A DNA stretch of 64,000 bases from a virus, in IMG/VR virus record IMGVR_UViG_3300022074_000004. One strand, given 5' to 3'. A program made the position numbers and the translations under genes. The notes below the pieces were generated by a model, which searched no databases, had not been told where the DNA came from, and saw only the letters and a list, made by a program, of their open reading frames with translations. Of the stretch, positions 23,501 to 32,687 are shown piece after piece; the stretch's first letter is position 1; the number at the start of each line of letters is the position of its first letter.

Positions 23501-26500
23501 TATGGAATGAGTGAAGGCAATCATACTGTTATGAGAGAAAGCCCAGATGTTGCTTCAGTTTATGAGCCAACAGCAAATACTCCATCACCAGCGTCTACTT
23601 TGGCTGCTAATGGTGATGATATGGGCAAAGTTAGTATTTTAAATGCAGACGGGGAACTTATTAAAGATGTCACTCAACTGTCTTATGCAAGTGAGAGTGG
23701 TGATTATCCATCTACTTATACTTCAAATAGTTTTGGCACATCAGTTTCAGCTACTGATACTACATTAATGGTTGGCGAACCAGTAGGCAAGAATGTATAC
23801 GTATATGATGGTGAAGGTAATCCATTAACAAAATTATCTAGCGATACAGATAATTTTGGCACATCTGTGGCTTCAAATGGAATGGCATATGTTGTTGGAG
23901 CTCCTAAATTCATAGAATATGGAAATACTACTGTTGAAAGTATTGAGGTTAAGAGCTCTACTCCTTCTAGTGCAATTACTGAATTTTCTGAGGATAATGG
24001 ATGGCAGAAATATAGCAATCTTCCAAATCCAAGCTATGATTGGTGTGATATAGCATATGGAAATGGAGTTGTGGTTGCTGTATCTAGATTAGAAGATGCC
24101 AATTATATTCCAAATGTAGGGGACATGGTTTTCTCTACTACTAATTTGGGAGCTCTTCCGGGGGTTGATCAAGGAAACAATAGTTATCTTGTAAAGGAGG
24201 ATATAAATTGGGATATTTCTAATATGATTGGAGGAACATCTGCTAATCTGCCTTACAACTGGGCTCCATCTACAGATGGTAACGGTAACTTTGATGGCAG
24301 AAATAATGGCTGGAAAGATCACTTTGGTTGGACAGGAAATACTGGACACTTGGCATATTCCACTGATGATGGAGCAACTTGGTCAACTATGACCGATCCG
24401 AATAGCCTTGGATATGATTTTGTGTTCAACTGCATTGCCTTCGGAAAAGGTGGTGATATTCCAAATGGTAAATTTGTTGCATTATGTCGTGGTGGCAACA
24501 GAATTTATACCTCTGAGGATGGAATTAATTGGGAATCTAATGACAAACCTCGGGATGGTTCGCCTGAAATGCCATATGTGAACAATTACAATAGGGGCAC
24601 AATCTACGGCACCTATAACGCCTCCGGTGCCTCCCTTTTCAATGTAATGTGGGATGATATTTATTGGTGTCCTGTTAGAGAAGAATTTATTGCTATGGGA
24701 TATGCACCATATCCTTCAATCGATAGAGATAAGTATGATGCGACTGGATTTAATCATTGGTATGAGTATTCATATATATACAGAAAAGTTTCAAAAGATG
24801 GTATTACTTGGTCTCAAATGAATGTTGGAGGTGATGGGACCGTATATTCTGATGGCACTCGTGTCAGTACTGTATTCATGGATGCTAGCCTAAATGGTCA
24901 AAAAGTAATCACTGGTATACCACACTATCAGGGTAGTTCTCCAGATGGATATGTTTTACGCCACAAAAATGGTTCTGCAACTATAAGCAGATGGATGGAT
25001 ACGTCTGCTAGCTACAATCGTAGTATTATAGCAGATACTCTGCAACACACCTCAAACAAAGAATTGTTTGATTTTGCATATAATTATGCATCTGTTGACC
25101 TTGACAAGGTTATGGTTGCAGTTGGTGATGATACAATTTTATATTCTGTTACTGGTAGCAGTTGGATGCATGCAGATTTCCCATTAACACCTTTCTCAAA
25201 TGGTACAGCAAGAAAATCTGGTGTAATTTCTGGAAATGAATCTATTGGAAAATTCCGCACTGTAACATATGCAAATGGATACTGGTATGCCACTTGTGAT
25301 CCTAGCACTGCAAGCAACGGAACTACCACAGTATCAGGAAAAGACGCTTGGTCTCTTGACGGTAAGAATTGGTATTATGTATCGCAAAATACTCATTTAA
25401 ATGACATATTTAGAAATGTATCTTTCAGTGAAGGGAAGTACGTCTCGATTTATGATGGATATAATGGTGATTTTGCAATAACTGAAACACCTCGTACTCC
25501 TATACCTGTAACTACAATTACTCTTCCTGATGACCTTGTTCATAGACAATCTGATAGCACGCTACTCGGTGGATATACTTTCACTGGTTTCTTAAGTATT
25601 AATGATACTATTTCTTCATTAGATTCTAGTGCTAGTGGACAAGTTTTTGATATATCTGGAGATGAAATTGCTGTCTGGAATTACAGTGGTGATTTCTCTG
25701 GCCAGCCACTTAAACTGAGTGAGGCTGTAAGTGTATCTTCCGGTGCTGGTGGTGAGGTTAGTGTTTATAACACAGATGGTACTTTAAGAAGTACAATAGT
25801 TGGTGCTTCATATGAGAATTTCGGAAAATTTGTTGGTCTCTGTCACGATGTTGTTCTTATCACTTCAAAGGATCGTTTATTTGGATATGATCTTGATGGA
25901 AATCAATTGTACAATCTTTATTTTGGAGATTCTAAAGGTAATACCAAAATTAGATCATTTGCTACATCTGAAGATGATACAACTATTGCTATCGGATTAT
26001 ATGGTGATTTATGGCGTCAGGTTGATAGCAGCTCTTCATATTCTAATCATGAATTTGATGATGCAAATAAATTAGAGCAAACAAGTATTGGTTATGTAAA
26101 ACTCTTTAAAACATATGGAAGCGGTATTTCTCCTACAAAAGTCTTAAGGGCCAGATATGCCACTGAGGCTGATTACTTTGGTCATGATATTGCAATCAAT
26201 GATGGCAAGATAGCTGTTCTTTCTCCTGGTCGTGAATATGGCTGGGGTTCTGAAAATGGAGCTCCAAAAGCTAGAATCACTCTCTTTACTATAGACGGTA
26301 GATTCATATCCTCAATTGGAGGAAAAGAATGGACAAAATCATCACCTCTTGCTCTTGACAGTCCATTTGGTCAAGATGACAAACTTGCATTACTTGGAAA
26401 TTCATTGGTTGTTACTCATCCATCTAATGGAAACCGCACAGTTTATGCAGAGAGTGATTATGAATTACCTATTTCAACTGCTGGAGCACCATCTATAGGA

Positions 26501-27754
26501 TTTAATCCTGATTCACAAAACGGTGCTTATATGTCTACAAATAATCCAAAGACATTTAAAGTTACAGTTGGACCTGCCCAATTCGTTAGAGATTATTATG
26601 ACGATGGTATTGCTATTGAAAATAGAAATGTATACTATATTGATGGTGTACCAACTAAGCACAATCGTTATACCAGAACTGACAACAGCTACGAATGGGG
26701 TTATACAAGTGATGCAAATAGAACTACACTTGATCTACAGTTTGGTACTACACATATCTTCGATTTATCAGATCCGTCAAACCTTGGTCACCAATTTGAG
26801 TTACAGGGAATGTATAGTGGATTTGATAGAGATTGGGATAGCACAACATATCCACAACTTCCATACGTATTTCACGGCGATTGGGTTAAATACGGAGTTG
26901 ATGGAACTCCAGGTGCTCGCTTAGAGTATACTGTTCCTACAATAGCTGAAGGTGGAACCCCAGGTCAACCTGGTGCTTGGACTGGGGGCGGATATGTTTA
27001 CTGGAAGTGTGCTCTTCATGATGATGCAATGGGCAGAGGTGATTTTAATTTCACTACAGATGCTCCACAGGTGGAAGGATCGGCATTTGAATTTAGTGAC
27101 GCTGATGATTTCACTATTGAAGCTCAATTTAAACTTGAAAATACTAGCGGATACAAGTATCCCAAGTCAATGTTATTGATTGGTTCAAATAATGAGGGTG
27201 ATAATTATGGATTTGCCGCTATTTTAGAATCTGAATTTGATGAAGACGCAGAACTTCATATTCCTGCTAAGAGATTGAAATTTACAAATAATGGCCCAAG
27301 TGGTCTCGTATCGGATTGTTATGCAACTCTCCCAGATAATGACAATGAGTGGCATCATATTGTAATCATGAGATCAAGTGGCAAATTATCCATTATATAT
27401 GATGGTGTAGAAATTTATAGTAAATCTGATCTCCTTGTATATCCTCAAAGTGGTCCAATTTATATCGGTGGAACGCCTGAAGGATATCTAGATTTTGAAG
27501 GAAATATTATTAACATGAGAATATCCAGAATTCAGAGATATGACTCAACTGAAACATACGTATCACCTAAGAACGTATATGTGAAGATTAATGGAGAATG
27601 GAAAAATGTTGATGATATCTTCGTCAAGGTCAATAATGAATGGAAAAATGTCATCAATGATTCCTTGATTCCAAAAGTTGATGGTGGCTGGAAGAAATAT
27701 GATCCAGATGGATCTATTATTACACCACAAATTGTTGGTGCTGTGAAAATTTAG
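17567..27754 (+). CDS. Giant virion structural / tail-fibre-like protein (3395 aa)
   Basis: AGGAG RBS; FG-GAP-like repeats, Asp-box-like repeats (STDDGATW, SEDGINW, SKDGITW, SLDGKNW), cupredoxin-like CALHDDAMG module, C-terminal LamG domain and YVKINGEWK/FVKVNNEWK repeats. Confidence 0.85.
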   Translation: MTSSYENLPPTSDLVDDSDVMFMLGTSTQTALPDAYGSMAIESVGNVSVETDSPFSSAGRYIGSLTRPEDILSFDSGFGKIVLGTDGSAHIYNSTLSHETSVSPSDSTSGFGKKIVIAYDRIYVGADSSIFIYNLDGTGEQKISETGIGANFVVQSDRILAPVVGGNVSHIYHIDGSNKVSTSAFTNATSDYGAYGLGVCEASNGSYKFAYVGDPGYNGDRGAVLAINLEIYSSPYSTLITGEVSNQLGINIPDIRNSGSNWNGRIGSAGGYLPQGSRFGTVIACEDFAGVYGNSTGFVAISAPFANSMYDYDHGDDWDYDTQMPWGKTDATRLYKGCVFYFKTEAGYTNTNRDRIGFKTQSNQSNFVISSVGHVNKVSQISSHVDYHSFGESMAYRDGKLIVGAPYDGEAGARAGAVFVFDTEAETMDVSSRPATESEEYHLKYNPVRFVNKFVGDEFDNTTENYGLSVAVGGELMLSKGSDNNVYVHSTEGFFAKDWYGNYVPSDEKVVEADSGRSVGAVNDSEAGTAVSATDTKLFLSVPKHNETGGVHVFNFYKSLNVSEVITIPYAGSAYDPMDIDSDNDLVATVDSSGAITLTALSTGVVQTTINSGVSSPIEISIGSGRVALTNSSGLVKVYNTNGSFVKDLSDGNSGSDVKISIDGYIGTSSKTEGTAHIFDLDGTKSTTFTSVGGDDIKLTDSHIFIADSSANSIHQYNKDGSWGLVRTITNAEQDFGKSVDANSSYLVSVANSILFVYALSDGSLVSSTTVSPSSQVYSDNGVSQAEALASDYTTSTPVTLTASAGKIEIDILSAPVGEFSGPTGANVDPVDIGAGINGIPDISAVDSSYKDSNGDLLHNTHSFIGFDESVKINASDNITLDASTGSIVYSSLGAAYFDPKMEFGKVYKVTVDVERMDSTVEMKTCDVTGVTQGASSKLAIGPAGKTTGLITPPSADQTYLAIDNISAFDPNNVTATVNNDINTAYSISLRNSSHTHIGGGYVWEVTNINACERTVDGSGNWIPKLSEIVKKDTSGNVLLTIPNPTSAQALYTFNSWNNTTFKTESDYGLSLFGNKMKFWSGGFITECLNDGSYFDGGCLIAYDFDGNQLWKKRYGNGTASNVIDYGSNVYRHLCSHNIHDIDEENGIAVVSYATSVSQSSGYVSVYFAFAVIDLQTGNQLGNAIKSNILWYRFSYSNYENLVKFAKCADGHILISHGVRGYSAEPGTFEVFEWNSATNSATTIRRADNSYARRDLLPYVSTSASAEEKNRQDYMDPEMTNPHHIKYQYEYVQHASQFYGQSRAEWAISMGGGRIAVPVRNAYIYDNDHSTQTSVDKGRKMLLMTYDLDPANDVYFEHGDTTSAYIREPLGFVTKDGFFVNPTSGTSDFQPTKYSGGARMNHLSYIENTSGFLYTGKASSNTTYTVYDTETLTERDTFVFNPANNDTQLSSGSVDEFEQFFANRYILKSYDPTNGTCLFTNLSNVYEGRKANQAEFVTAPASDTGYSAITGSYAEPNVLVTITCPPPDDMASTIKSVSVQELPVSTSSSYAIDFANKEFSLEFDAKVDGGIDWANFDPSIPPPTLTLNWGVRHYTRSWYANFSTGVSKLYWVGDDGTKVQIRSYQTSSQYQPWQSYSEDLGALGISGTGYFAIGFTQPRNYNCDPQYDGFQLVNADGDIVYDYKPQNRGTFGAGLGFRQANSSTSRYSPGGGNSVDDIPTSWKTTNLAQGSSSGTFNYDAYGTPTYYSGPSGSLISGSNGYYIYFEPGYYPRYSSGGQYTFWFRTEGTVSSTDPTATSYVFPPEPHFLIGDDRENSSDPGWALSLEWKDNSQDEVVISYGSSDELRIPLGFHIFDANPSTHTFKLSRDSYDGDLVLSVDGSPVYTEPSRASGENSIDLHASRNLFLGGYDGELSNLSIEFPDGPRVNRTAIDLADSAFLVNADNGPYIHRTNDTSYYYDINGKIRHTLISQSKNPSSYYGMSEGNHTVMRESPDVASVYEPTANTPSPASTLAANGDDMGKVSILNADGELIKDVTQLSYASESGDYPSTYTSNSFGTSVSATDTTLMVGEPVGKNVYVYDGEGNPLTKLSSDTDNFGTSVASNGMAYVVGAPKFIEYGNTTVESIEVKSSTPSSAITEFSEDNGWQKYSNLPNPSYDWCDIAYGNGVVVAVSRLEDANYIPNVGDMVFSTTNLGALPGVDQGNNSYLVKEDINWDISNMIGGTSANLPYNWAPSTDGNGNFDGRNNGWKDHFGWTGNTGHLAYSTDDGATWSTMTDPNSLGYDFVFNCIAFGKGGDIPNGKFVALCRGGNRIYTSEDGINWESNDKPRDGSPEMPYVNNYNRGTIYGTYNASGASLFNVMWDDIYWCPVREEFIAMGYAPYPSIDRDKYDATGFNHWYEYSYIYRKVSKDGITWSQMNVGGDGTVYSDGTRVSTVFMDASLNGQKVITGIPHYQGSSPDGYVLRHKNGSATISRWMDTSASYNRSIIADTLQHTSNKELFDFAYNYASVDLDKVMVAVGDDTILYSVTGSSWMHADFPLTPFSNGTARKSGVISGNESIGKFRTVTYANGYWYATCDPSTASNGTTTVSGKDAWSLDGKNWYYVSQNTHLNDIFRNVSFSEGKYVSIYDGYNGDFAITETPRTPIPVTTITLPDDLVHRQSDSTLLGGYTFTGFLSINDTISSLDSSASGQVFDISGDEIAVWNYSGDFSGQPLKLSEAVSVSSGAGGEVSVYNTDGTLRSTIVGASYENFGKFVGLCHDVVLITSKDRLFGYDLDGNQLYNLYFGDSKGNTKIRSFATSEDDTTIAIGLYGDLWRQVDSSSSYSNHEFDDANKLEQTSIGYVKLFKTYGSGISPTKVLRARYATEADYFGHDIAINDGKIAVLSPGREYGWGSENGAPKARITLFTIDGRFISSIGGKEWTKSSPLALDSPFGQDDKLALLGNSLVVTHPSNGNRTVYAESDYELPISTAGAPSIGFNPDSQNGAYMSTNNPKTFKVTVGPAQFVRDYYDDGIAIENRNVYYIDGVPTKHNRYTRTDNSYEWGYTSDANRTTLDLQFGTTHIFDLSDPSNLGHQFELQGMYSGFDRDWDSTTYPQLPYVFHGDWVKYGVDGTPGARLEYTVPTIAEGGTPGQPGAWTGGGYVYWKCALHDDAMGRGDFNFTTDAPQVEGSAFEFSDADDFTIEAQFKLENTSGYKYPKSMLLIGSNNEGDNYGFAAILESEFDEDAELHIPAKRLKFTNNGPSGLVSDCYATLPDNDNEWHHIVIMRSSGKLSIIYDGVEIYSKSDLLVYPQSGPIYIGGTPEGYLDFEGNIINMRISRIQRYDSTETYVSPKNVYVKINGEWKNVDDIFVKVNNEWKNVINDSLIPKVDGGWKKYDPDGSIITPQIVGAVKI

Positions 27755-27773
27755 TAATATTCTCAATGGTATA

Positions 27774-27795
27774 GGGCGAGACTAATATCTCGCCC
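27774..27795 (+). terminator. Intergenic hairpin (weak terminator or processing stem)
   Basis: gggcgag-actaatat-ctcgccc; poor U-tract. Confidence 0.45.
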
Positions 27796-27820
27796 AAACT
27801 TTTCACAAATTAAAGCAAAA

Positions 27821-27828
27821 AATAAATA
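27821..27828 (+). promoter_or_regulatory. T4-type late promoter (NATAAATA)
   Basis: AATAAATA ~45 bp upstream of the 27873 start. Confidence 0.6.
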
Positions 27829-27872
27829 CTCAAAAGGAAATAAAATAGTACCGATACCAAAGAGGAATAAAA

Positions 27873-30800
27873 ATGACCACTAGTAACATTGATATACTTT
27901 CAACGCCATACCAAACAGCGGGACTTCCACAATCTGAAACTCACATTTCATCTGAGTGGCAAATTTCAAGTAGTCCTGAATTCACTACTACAATAATTAG
28001 TGATGATTCATCAGATGAAGATGAATTGACTTCTTATATTGCAACTCTCCCTGATGGAGATTATTCTGTAAGAGTTAGATATCATTCTACTAATCATATT
28101 TCTGCATATTCGGATCCAATCCAACTTTCTCTTGTGAATGGTGATATAGTTAAGACAAAATCTGTAACTTTTACCACAACTTTCCATCCACAATTTGCAG
28201 CAACAATAATATATAAAAAGATTTCTGGCCTTGGACCAGATCAACTAGTTTTTAACAGAACTATTAGCACCCAGACTGTTGATATTGGTGCTGGAGCTGT
28301 GTATGAGTTTAGTTCCACCAATGATCCCGACTTAACTCAGTCTTATGAAGACAATGGACCTAGATATGATGCTACTCAACAAAATAGATGGTTGAAAATA
28401 GCTACAAGTTTGGGAGGATTTATCACTGCAAATAAATATGAAGCGAATTGGTCTCCAGAGTTTAACTCTGTAGAAGAATTGGCTCCAGAATTATCTGTTG
28501 ATCTTTCCGTAAAATCTCTTACCGTTCTTGCTGGCGAAAATATTCATGTCAGTGCTATAGCGAGTGATACCGCAAATACATTTGGAACTACTATAACATA
28601 TCAATGGCAACGTAAATACATTGACAGCCAGTGGGTAAACATTGAAGATCAAACATCAAAAATTTATAGTGGATTGGTCCCAGCATATACTACAGATAAC
28701 AACTCAAAAGTTAGATGTATCATTACAGCTACAAATGGTAGTGGATCTGATACAAAAACTACGGATGAATGTGATGTAAATGTAAGTGAATTTGTGGCAG
28801 GTGCTCAAAGTCCATACACATATTCAAATCCAGAAACAAGAACTGGACAAGGTGGCTTCACTCAAAGACCATCATGTACTAGTATTTCAAATGGTTGGTA
28901 TACAAGAACTGGTCGTCCAAATTCAGAAACCAATGGTGGCGGAAATCATGACATAAGGCAATTGGAAGTTTTCTGGGATGGTGTGCTAATACAGGGAGAT
29001 TTAAATGAAGATGGCTATCTAATTGCTGGTGAATATGCATATGCTCCCGGAACTTATAGATCTCCCAGTCTTTACGGTTGGAGATATGATGAACAATGTG
29101 GATATGCAGGTCCAGAGGGTCAAGGAACAGGTGATTTTGGTAACGGTTTTGATGTAATCAGATACAGTTATGTACATGACCCCAATGACTATTATTATAA
29201 ACCACATGAAGATGATGTAAATGGGCCAATTACTGCTTGGAATGATTTCCTCAGTCAGCGTTCGGTTGCCCCTACGGTAGAGAGGTCAACTACAAATACT
29301 AGAATAATTAATGCAACAACTCAATTTGAAAATGCAAGTGTTGGTGATGTCATTTGGTTTGATTCTCCAGATTATGATGATGTAAAATTTGATCGAATTG
29401 TCAAGACCTCTGTGTCAACAAATGACTTTATTATGCAAAAATATGTGGCTTCATCATCAGAGTGGTCAGTCACTTTAAGATTTGAAGTCAGAGCTGGTGG
29501 AGATAATGATGGAGTTACTTCTGATTTCAATGGAAAACTGGTTTACAGTCAAGATAAGACCTTCTATAAAGGGGGTATGGATGATAGGGCAAGGCGATGG
29601 GACCTTGGTGACATAACCTGGGATTATCGTGTTTATGGAAAACCTGTCTGGATGATTAGAATTGTTGCACATAGCAACAATGCAGGTCTTCCACTTACAT
29701 TTACCTTTGATAATGATTGCTACGCGGATATTAGTTTCCAACAATTAGATGGTGGGCAATATGATATTGATCTATTTGAACCAGCCAATTACACTCCACA
29801 GTATGGTGTAATTGAAGCAAGACCAGATACGTTGGAATTTAAATTGGAGCTTTTGGACATAAAGGGATATGATCACCCAGAAAGATATAATGATAAGGAA
29901 GTTAGAACTAGTTGGTATAATGTTTCATATACCGGACCTGCATCCATCGATCCATTCACTCTTGGATATAATACAGGTGGATATCATAAAGTAACTGATA
30001 TTTCTGATACAAATGCTCCTGTACGTCTTTTCAACTTAGATTCAAGTAAAAAACACGTATTTAGAATCACTGTTGATGGAAATACATATTTCTGCCCACA
30101 GGGTGTAGATGGTGGGCGACACATTGATATGAGTGATAAAATTGGTAGATATAATGATAGATATTGTTTGGTCAAAGCTGGTTCAACCGGTGGAGCATGG
30201 GGAACTTTTGGTTACGGCTATGACGATTCCCAAGGATTTGATTACTATAGAATAGGTCTTGAAAATCAGGCACACTGGTGGGAGTTGCAATATGCTGAAG
30301 GTTCTGGTGACGCTGATGATCCAGATAACTATAGTTTGCAACGTGCGATCAGAAGAGCTAGAAACGCTTGGAGTCGCACCAATGTTGGATCTCACTACGT
30401 TGATGCTCACATGAAGATCAGTTGCAATAACTATTCTCCATTCTTAAGATATTATGGTGGAATGCAATGGCATTTTAGATCTGGTGGTGGAATCAATTAT
30501 GTAGATATCATTTATGATCCATTGGACCAAAAAGGTGATGCAAATAGAGTAAAGTGGTATACCTATAAAGATTCTCCATTGCCCCTTGTCACAGTATTTG
30601 AAAAAGAATATGGAGTGGGGCCATCTGAAGTTAAATTTGGAGATTCTATTCGTGAAAATTCAAATATTGATGTTACTAAAGCTCAGCTCACCAGAGGAAC
30701 TGTTTATAAATTTGCTAGATATGAGCATACAGATGGGACTACCATAGATGCTTCGGGATTTAATAGAGTTCTGCAAGGTGGTGCAATATTAATTACTGAT

Positions 30801-30914
30801 CTGAGACAGACATCTGTTGAAAGAACAGATGGGGAAGATAATAGTTACCATATTGGTACTAACTATGGAAGATTTGTAGATGCTGATACCTGGGTTGCTA
30901 CAACTCCTTGGTAA
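27873..30914 (+). CDS. Virion structural protein with Fn3/Ig-like domains (1013 aa)
   Basis: GAGG RBS; N-terminal Fn3-like WQIS...YSVRVRY...SAYSDP; Ig-like TYQWQR...RCIITATN; located with the fibre genes. Confidence 0.7.
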   Translation: MTTSNIDILSTPYQTAGLPQSETHISSEWQISSSPEFTTTIISDDSSDEDELTSYIATLPDGDYSVRVRYHSTNHISAYSDPIQLSLVNGDIVKTKSVTFTTTFHPQFAATIIYKKISGLGPDQLVFNRTISTQTVDIGAGAVYEFSSTNDPDLTQSYEDNGPRYDATQQNRWLKIATSLGGFITANKYEANWSPEFNSVEELAPELSVDLSVKSLTVLAGENIHVSAIASDTANTFGTTITYQWQRKYIDSQWVNIEDQTSKIYSGLVPAYTTDNNSKVRCIITATNGSGSDTKTTDECDVNVSEFVAGAQSPYTYSNPETRTGQGGFTQRPSCTSISNGWYTRTGRPNSETNGGGNHDIRQLEVFWDGVLIQGDLNEDGYLIAGEYAYAPGTYRSPSLYGWRYDEQCGYAGPEGQGTGDFGNGFDVIRYSYVHDPNDYYYKPHEDDVNGPITAWNDFLSQRSVAPTVERSTTNTRIINATTQFENASVGDVIWFDSPDYDDVKFDRIVKTSVSTNDFIMQKYVASSSEWSVTLRFEVRAGGDNDGVTSDFNGKLVYSQDKTFYKGGMDDRARRWDLGDITWDYRVYGKPVWMIRIVAHSNNAGLPLTFTFDNDCYADISFQQLDGGQYDIDLFEPANYTPQYGVIEARPDTLEFKLELLDIKGYDHPERYNDKEVRTSWYNVSYTGPASIDPFTLGYNTGGYHKVTDISDTNAPVRLFNLDSSKKHVFRITVDGNTYFCPQGVDGGRHIDMSDKIGRYNDRYCLVKAGSTGGAWGTFGYGYDDSQGFDYYRIGLENQAHWWELQYAEGSGDADDPDNYSLQRAIRRARNAWSRTNVGSHYVDAHMKISCNNYSPFLRYYGGMQWHFRSGGGINYVDIIYDPLDQKGDANRVKWYTYKDSPLPLVTVFEKEYGVGPSEVKFGDSIRENSNIDVTKAQLTRGTVYKFARYEHTDGTTIDASGFNRVLQGGAILITDLRQTSVERTDGEDNSYHIGTNYGRFVDADTWVATTPW

Positions 30915-30934
30915 TTGGATTTAGATTTTGATAT

Positions 30935-30962
30935 ATCCTCCACGAAAGTGGGGGATTTTTTT
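30935..30962 (+). terminator. Rho-independent terminator closing the structural block
   Basis: atcctccac-gaaa-gtgggggat followed by a T run. Confidence 0.9.
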
Positions 30963-31020
30963 ATGCCGTGCAATATTTTCAATTTTATGGTAAAATTATA
31001 GTTGTTACCAAAAGGATCTC

Positions 31021-31218
31021 ATGAAAGATCAAAACTCGATCGCAGATAATGAATCTAAACAAGATAAATGGAATCGTGGATTGGATCTCTTTGTAGAATC
31101 TGTTTTAAAGCCCGATCCGGCATTACGTCAATGTGCTCACAATCAATTGTGCTATCATGAACTTATGGATGTTCGTGCTGATGTTCTGGAATATCTTGCC
31201 ACCAAGCGTTGGCACTGA
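31021..31218 (+). CDS. Conserved cyanophage-type hypothetical protein
   Basis: AAGGA RBS; KWNRGLDLFVESVLKPD..LRQCAHNQ resembles a recurrent cyanomyovirus small ORF. Confidence 0.75.
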   Translation: MKDQNSIADNESKQDKWNRGLDLFVESVLKPDPALRQCAHNQLCYHELMDVRADVLEYLATKRWH

Positions 31219-31223
31219 GTTTC

Positions 31224-31421
31224 ATGAAAAATTCAAAAAAATTTCCATATGAAACTTTTCTCTGGAGAATGGTATATAATAATACTGTGTACCATTTTCA
31301 GGATGAGTCTCATATGAGAAAAATAATTGAACGGTACAACATTAAGAAAAAAGATGTAATTATTGAACATAGAGATGGAAAATCCTTTGTCTTTCGTAAA
31401 AAACACAAGAAAAACTTATGA
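31224..31421 (+). CDS. Hypothetical protein
   Basis: ATG in the frame of track ORF 31209-31421; operon packing. Confidence 0.65.
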   Translation: MKNSKKFPYETFLWRMVYNNTVYHFQDESHMRKIIERYNIKKKDVIIEHRDGKSFVFRKKHKKNL

Positions 31422-31539
31422 TAAATTCAATCAAATTGTTGTAACTGAGGTTCAGGTACAATTTGATAAAGAGCCCCCTGCATGGATTCCTTATTCTACA
31501 TTGATGGGTATTCAAAAGTGGTTAAATAAAGTATATTAA
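31375..31539 (+). CDS. Hypothetical protein (54 aa, not in track)
   Basis: MENPLSFVKNTR...EVQVQFDKEPPAWIPYSTL; fills the gap before 31550. Confidence 0.6.
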   Translation: MENPLSFVKNTRKTYDKFNQIVVTEVQVQFDKEPPAWIPYSTLMGIQKWLNKVY

Positions 31540-31549
31540 GCAATTTGCC

Positions 31550-31768
31550 ATGATCCAAACTATCAAAAAAATTTTCGAACCTACGATAAAATGGGATGAT
31601 GATAGTCTCATAGATTACATACTAGAGCTTGAAGATCGTATTGAAGTTTTAGAGGAAGAAAATCTAAATTTCAGATCCTCCATTTATGAAATGGAATCTA
31701 GATTAGAGACAAAAATTAATAATATTCATCCCGTTACATATAATATTCAAGGAGCAGATAATGTATGA
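31550..31768 (+). CDS. Hypothetical coiled-coil protein
   Basis: ORF with heptad-like LEDRIEVLEEENL; overlaps the next start. Confidence 0.7.
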   Translation: MIQTIKKIFEPTIKWDDDSLIDYILELEDRIEVLEEENLNFRSSIYEMESRLETKINNIHPVTYNIQGADNV

Positions 31769-31955
31769 AGAGCTAAATTGCTTTGAAGAAGCACTTAAAC
31801 ACTTTGGAACTCGTGTTGAAATTATTACTGCCATGGAAATGGCAAGAAAACTTTCTGCTGAGGAAGCTTATCAAATGATCAAAGATGAGCTTAGAGAGGT
31901 AAAAAAGTGTCGTAAAGAGTTCAAGAAAAATGATCCAAATACATTGTTTGGTTGA
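31761..31955 (+). CDS. Conserved cyanophage/cyanobacterial-type hypothetical protein
   Basis: AGGAG RBS; FEEALKHFGTRVEIITAMEMARKLSAEEAYQMIK. Confidence 0.75.
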   Translation: MYEELNCFEEALKHFGTRVEIITAMEMARKLSAEEAYQMIKDELREVKKCRKEFKKNDPNTLFG

Positions 31956-31990
31956 CCATTGTATGCTATAATAATCAAGGAGAGGAAAAT

Positions 31991-32176
31991 ATGTCGATGC
32001 CAGATTTAGATTTGTTATCACACGAACATAAAGAAGCACTAGCAGAAGATTGTGAAGATTATCTGCTACATAGAAGTATCCCCCTTATTTCGCATTCTTA
32101 TGACACAATCATTCGACAAGCATTCAAAGAAGGATATCGATTGGAAAAATTCGATAGACCAATCCGTTTCAACTGA
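31991..32176 (+). CDS. Hypothetical protein
   Basis: GAGG RBS before ATG 31991; TG-N-TATAAT just upstream. Confidence 0.65.
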   Translation: MSMPDLDLLSHEHKEALAEDCEDYLLHRSIPLISHSYDTIIRQAFKEGYRLEKFDRPIRFN

Positions 32177-32395
32177 ATTTTGGCAACAAGTTGAAGAAGA
32201 GTGTAAAGAACACGAAATCACTGTTGATTATTATCTAATGGAGTTTTACACATCATGACGGACGAGGATCGCCTCAGATCTTCAATTCAACTCGTAGACA
32301 AATTGACCTCTCTACTTCTTCCAAATAGAAGTAGGGGTTTTTTGTTTTTTCGCTTGTTGAGTGTTAAAATTGAATTGGAGAGCCAATTAAATCAA

Positions 32396-32424
32396 TTGAC
32401 AAAATCTAAATCTTCGACTAAAAT
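32396..32424 (+). promoter_or_regulatory. Sigma70-type (early) promoter
   Basis: TTGACA-17 bp-TAAAAT upstream of 32448. Confidence 0.8.
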
Positions 32425-32447
32425 TTAAAGGTAATTTACAGAAGCAA

Positions 32448-32687
32448 ATGGCACCAAAGTTTTTCTACATTGTAAATCATTTTGTACCGTTTCCCTCATC
32501 TGAATATGGAGGTATTTGGAATGTAATTGCAGAAAGTGATGAAGAATGTTTTGATCTCATTTCTGAACGAGACGAAAATTATAATGAGCAACATTATGGT
32601 CAGCTTCGTGAAAATATCATGAAGTCAATGAACTATGAACTTGCAGAAGATCTTGAATCCGGTATTGTTGAGGAGTTTACAACATGA
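32448..32687 (+). CDS. Conserved cyanophage-type hypothetical protein
   Basis: VPFPSSEYGGIWNVIAESDEEC motif; promoter upstream; ATGA overlap with next gene. Confidence 0.8.
   Translation: MAPKFFYIVNHFVPFPSSEYGGIWNVIAESDEECFDLISERDENYNEQHYGQLRENIMKSMNYELAEDLESGIVEEFTT

Noticed and set aside
56-30410. Numerous 60-140-aa minus-strand and alternate-frame ORFs inside the giant genes
   Set aside because: Shadow ORFs fully nested in long motif-bearing CDSs, with no RBS or recognisable domains.
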